Shown here: positions 60,761 to 64,000 of the stretch, one piece after another
Layout: each line of letters opens with the position of its first letter
How positions within the stretch are numbered: position 1 is the stretch's first letter
Origin: the human T2T-CHM13v2.0 reference genome, Homo sapiens
DNA: 64,000 nt
Reading direction: 5' to 3' (one strand)
NCBI RefSeq assembly: GCF_009914755.1
Contig: NC_060946.1
Made by a program: the position numbers and the translations under genes
The notes under the pieces: model-generated
The model's input: the letters and a program-made list of their open reading frames with translations, nothing else
Database searches by the model: none
Told to the model about the DNA's origin: nothing

Positions 60761-61798
60761 GATTCTGGAGCTGGAATAATACGTATCTGGAAATTTTGTG
60801 TAATGGTTTCCTTAAATAGACCCTTTATTCTTGGTCCCCTCTAAAGTCTAGCAGAGACATAAGTCAGGCTCTTCTCAAATAGGGACTCTGTTCAATCAAC
60901 TCACGCCAAGACCATTGATTGGGAACATCCAACATGGGGAGGCAGGCTCTGGGTCTGGTGTTTGCAGGGGGTCCCGGAGGGGCTCATGGACAGGAAACAA
61001 AGGAGATGCAAGCAATACTCACGGAGGCACCTACAAGGGGATGGGGTCATTTGAACTGGGTCTTAAAGGGAGAGTGGTCTGGAGTGACCAGAAGATAGAG
61101 GAGGGGAGAACTAAATAAAAATGTATTCATTCATTCATAACTTTCTGAGTGTTCAATGAGGGAAGGATGTGAAGCTCGGTGCCAGAAACACAGTGTGAAC
61201 CAGGAAAACGGAAATGGCCCCCGCCCTTGTGTAGTGTGAAACCTCATGGGATAGACAGATGAGGAACACACAGGCAAATGCAAACCACCAGCCATGTCAG
61301 TGCTGAAAGGGAGGCCCCAGGTTTCTGCCCCCCATAAGTGGGGAGCCAGGCCAGGGCCCTGCCAAGCCCTCCCAGCCCAGCTGGCCCACTGGCTCCTCAG
61401 GCCTGGGAGAGAACAACGACAGTGGTCTGAAGATAGAGGGGAACTAGCGACCCATGTGCACCTGCCACATTCTAGGAACAGAGCTACTACAGCTTCAGGG
61501 TTAAGCGCATAATTCTGGTGTTCAAATCCTAGTTTCTCCCCTACCCAGCCCTGTAGCCCTAAGCAAGTTACCAAACTCCACAATGCCTCAGATGCAAGGC
61601 GGGGCTCACACTCCTGTTTATTCCATCTTAGGGTTTTATGTGAGGATTTAAAATGTCAAATGAATTCATTCATATAGAGGCTAAAAAGAGTGCTTGGCAC
61701 AGTAGTTGGTGCTTAAAAAAAAAATGAGCTTTTCTTCATATTTTTTTCAAATTAACCCGCACAGCAATTCTAGGAGGCATATTTTATCTCTGTTTCAC

Positions 61799-61863
61799 AA
61801 ATGAAAAAACTGAGGCTCAAAAAGCTGCAAGAAATGAAAAAACTGAGGCTCAAAACTCTGCAA
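61799..61863. repeat. 33-bp tandem duplication within a MIR
   Basis: aaatgaaaaaactgaggctcaaaa..ctgcaa x2. Confidence 0.9.
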
Positions 61864-62337
61864 CAGAACTTCACCAAAATCTCACAGGTACATGCTGGAG
61901 TCTGAGTCAAGTTGAGAATCATCAAGAAATTGTTTCAAAAACCAAGAATCACTGCACATAATGCTGTCAAGGTTTAAACTACAACAAGCTATTTCAAATT
62001 TATTTTATATCTGCAAAATTCTCAGATCTATTCAAAAGGACCATGAGCTTCGTGATAAGCCAGCCCTCATAGGCAACAATTCCTCAGGTTGTTCAGGACA
62101 GAGGAGGTCATAATTTTGGGGTGGGGGCGGGGGGGTGCTGCCTCAGTTTCCCTAAAGCAACAAGCATTAGGCAGGTGGAAATAAGGGGTTATGAGACTAC
62201 AGAGACTCAAGTTTTCATGACTTTACTGGGCATAGCTGCTCAGAGATTTACTGCCCTAGCGCCAAGGCATGCAACAGCTCAGAAAAACAAACATTTACAA
62301 CTGAGCAGCTACCTGTCCCCGAAGCTACCCTGGGCTC

Positions 62338-62407
62338 CATATGGTTCTGTGCATATGGGAAGCTGCATACGGTTCTGTGCATATGGGAAGCTGCATACGG
62401 TTCTGTG
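62338..62407. repeat. 28-bp tandem repeat, ~2.4 copies
   Basis: ggttctgtgcatatgggaagctgcatac x2 plus a partial third copy. Confidence 0.95.
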
Positions 62408-63465
62408 AACTCTCGTCTCCTCAACAGGCAGGCCCCTTGCTTCCCCCTTGCCTCATTCAGACCCCTCATTTGAGAGTCATTTCAGAGTTCACCAGCTCCA
62501 GAAATGTTATCTTTCAAGGCTGAATCAAGAGGCTCTCCTCTGTGCTCTACCAAATGCCTATAAAAATTTCCAATATCTCCACCACTAAACTTGCCCCTTT
62601 GTTTTATATGAATTAGTCCAGAAATTCATTTCCTTACTGGCTATGACTTCCATATGGACATGGATGAAGCCATTATTCCTTTTTAAAAGATTTATTCACT
62701 TTTTGTTGAACAAAAACATCTTTTTGAGCAACAACTATGTGCAAGGCACCATGCTATGTGCTAGCCATAAAAAAAAAAAAAACTGTATTGAGAGGATGCC
62801 ATTCTATTAGGAGAGACAGGTGCAGGAAGGAGAATGAGAATACGATGTTACTGCATGACTTTAGCAAGTAACTTACCCTTCTCTGGCTTGGTTAATTTAC
62901 CTGGAAAATTGACCCAACATTAGTACCTACAACTCTTCAGATCATGAGGAGGATTACATGAGATCATACCTATAAAATGCTTAGCAAACACATCCCTGGC
63001 ACACAGTACATAGACCAAATACATGCTGGGTAAAATTCTTTGTGATAAGCACTGTAAATGTTGGCTATTATCAAACGGAGATGTTCTCTGACAGCAGCGT
63101 AGCTTTAAGTTGTAAGAGCTGGTTTTGGTTCATCAAAAGCAAAGTCATTAGAAATTTAACGGAAAATTGGCATCGATGCATTGGCTGTGATGAAATCAAC
63201 TTTGAAATATCACATATTTTTAACTCAAAATCCTAGTCTGATAGGATCCTAGTCTAATAGTTCTTCTATTCTCGACTTTGACAACATCACCTAAAAATGC
63301 CTTCTCAAAAGCCACTCTCACCATGAGTCCTTTCTTAAGACGTTTCGTACCTTCTCTACCACGTACGAGAGTTCACAATCTTGTCCTGGCCTTCTCACCA
63401 CCCTCACAAAACTACAAAGCTTCTTTCAAACAGGATTCACGTCTGAATCATGTTAGCAACCCACC

Positions 63466-63893
63466 ACATCAGTCATTTGTTGCATAATAATGCTACCTAA
63501 TGAGCCATCCCAAAACCAGTGTCTTGAGGCAACGATCACTTATTTCTAGTCATGCACCTGCAGGTCAGCTGGGACTTGGCTGATCTAGACTGGGCTTGGT
63601 TTCTCACTGAGGGCCCATGAATTGGCTGCGTGGCTCTGCTCCCCTCTCCTACTCTTCTTCTGACCAGCAGCTGGCAGGGCACACTCTTTGTGGCAAAGGC
63701 AGGGACACAAAAAAGCAGAAATGCTCAAGATCTTTTAAGGCATAGGCTTAAAACTGGCATACCATCCCCTCCACCTCATACTTCAGGCCAAAGCTAGTCA
63801 CATGGTGAAACTTAAAGTCAAAAGTCAAAGGAGTTGGGTAGGAAATCAGAAACGTGTGAAGATTTGAGGCCACAAATGCAATCAGCCTATCAC
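63466..63893 (-). mobile_element. MaLR LTR, MLT1H-like
   Basis: 'ccatcccaaaaccagtgtcttga...tcagctggg...ggccaaagctagtcacatgg...gccacaaatgcaatcagcctatcaca'. Confidence 0.7.
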
Positions 63894-64000
63894 ATCCACC
63901 ACTCAGGTGCTTCATGCATACAAAATGATCATCTGGCTCTGAATAAATGAACAAATGAATGAATGAAAGAAGACTGACTACATTTCACAGCCTTGTCAAG

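Noticed and set aside
62338-62407. 28-bp repeats resembling CRISPR repeat length
   Set aside because: Head-to-tail with no spacers, eukaryotic context and no cas genes.

Overview
This is primate (human-type) genomic DNA, about 45% GC, with no CpG island and no credible protein-coding exon, RNA gene or CRISPR array. It reads as the inside of a very large intron or an intergenic region. It holds about 28 Alus, many MIR and L2 relics, MaLR LTRs (MLT1/MST), MER DNA transposons, two 5'-truncated L1PA 3' ends and three solo ERV LTRs with intact target-site duplications (TSDs): HERV-H LTR7, MER11, and HERV-W LTR17 nested inside an L1. The supplied ORFs are Alu-, L1-, LTR- or microsatellite-derived, or are chance ORFs. 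Several minus-strand splice signatures in unique sequence, plus the antisense bias of the L1s and young LTRs, suggest an unidentified minus-strand host gene with alternative first or micro exons. The best case is a TAG|ATG|GTAAG element at 13476-13478 in a CpG-retaining, AT-rich block. The most unusual unexplained structures are (i) a ~213-bp, ~93% identical inverted repeat (23521-23733 / 25613-25824), not recognisable as a transposon, that could form a long dsRNA stem, and (ii) two short locally templated copies: 98 bp inserted into an Alu, and 39 bp taken from a MER58. All three show similar divergence. Repeat family names and boundaries were judged by eye and are approximate. I could not identify the host gene and found no evidence of a novel multi-gene system.
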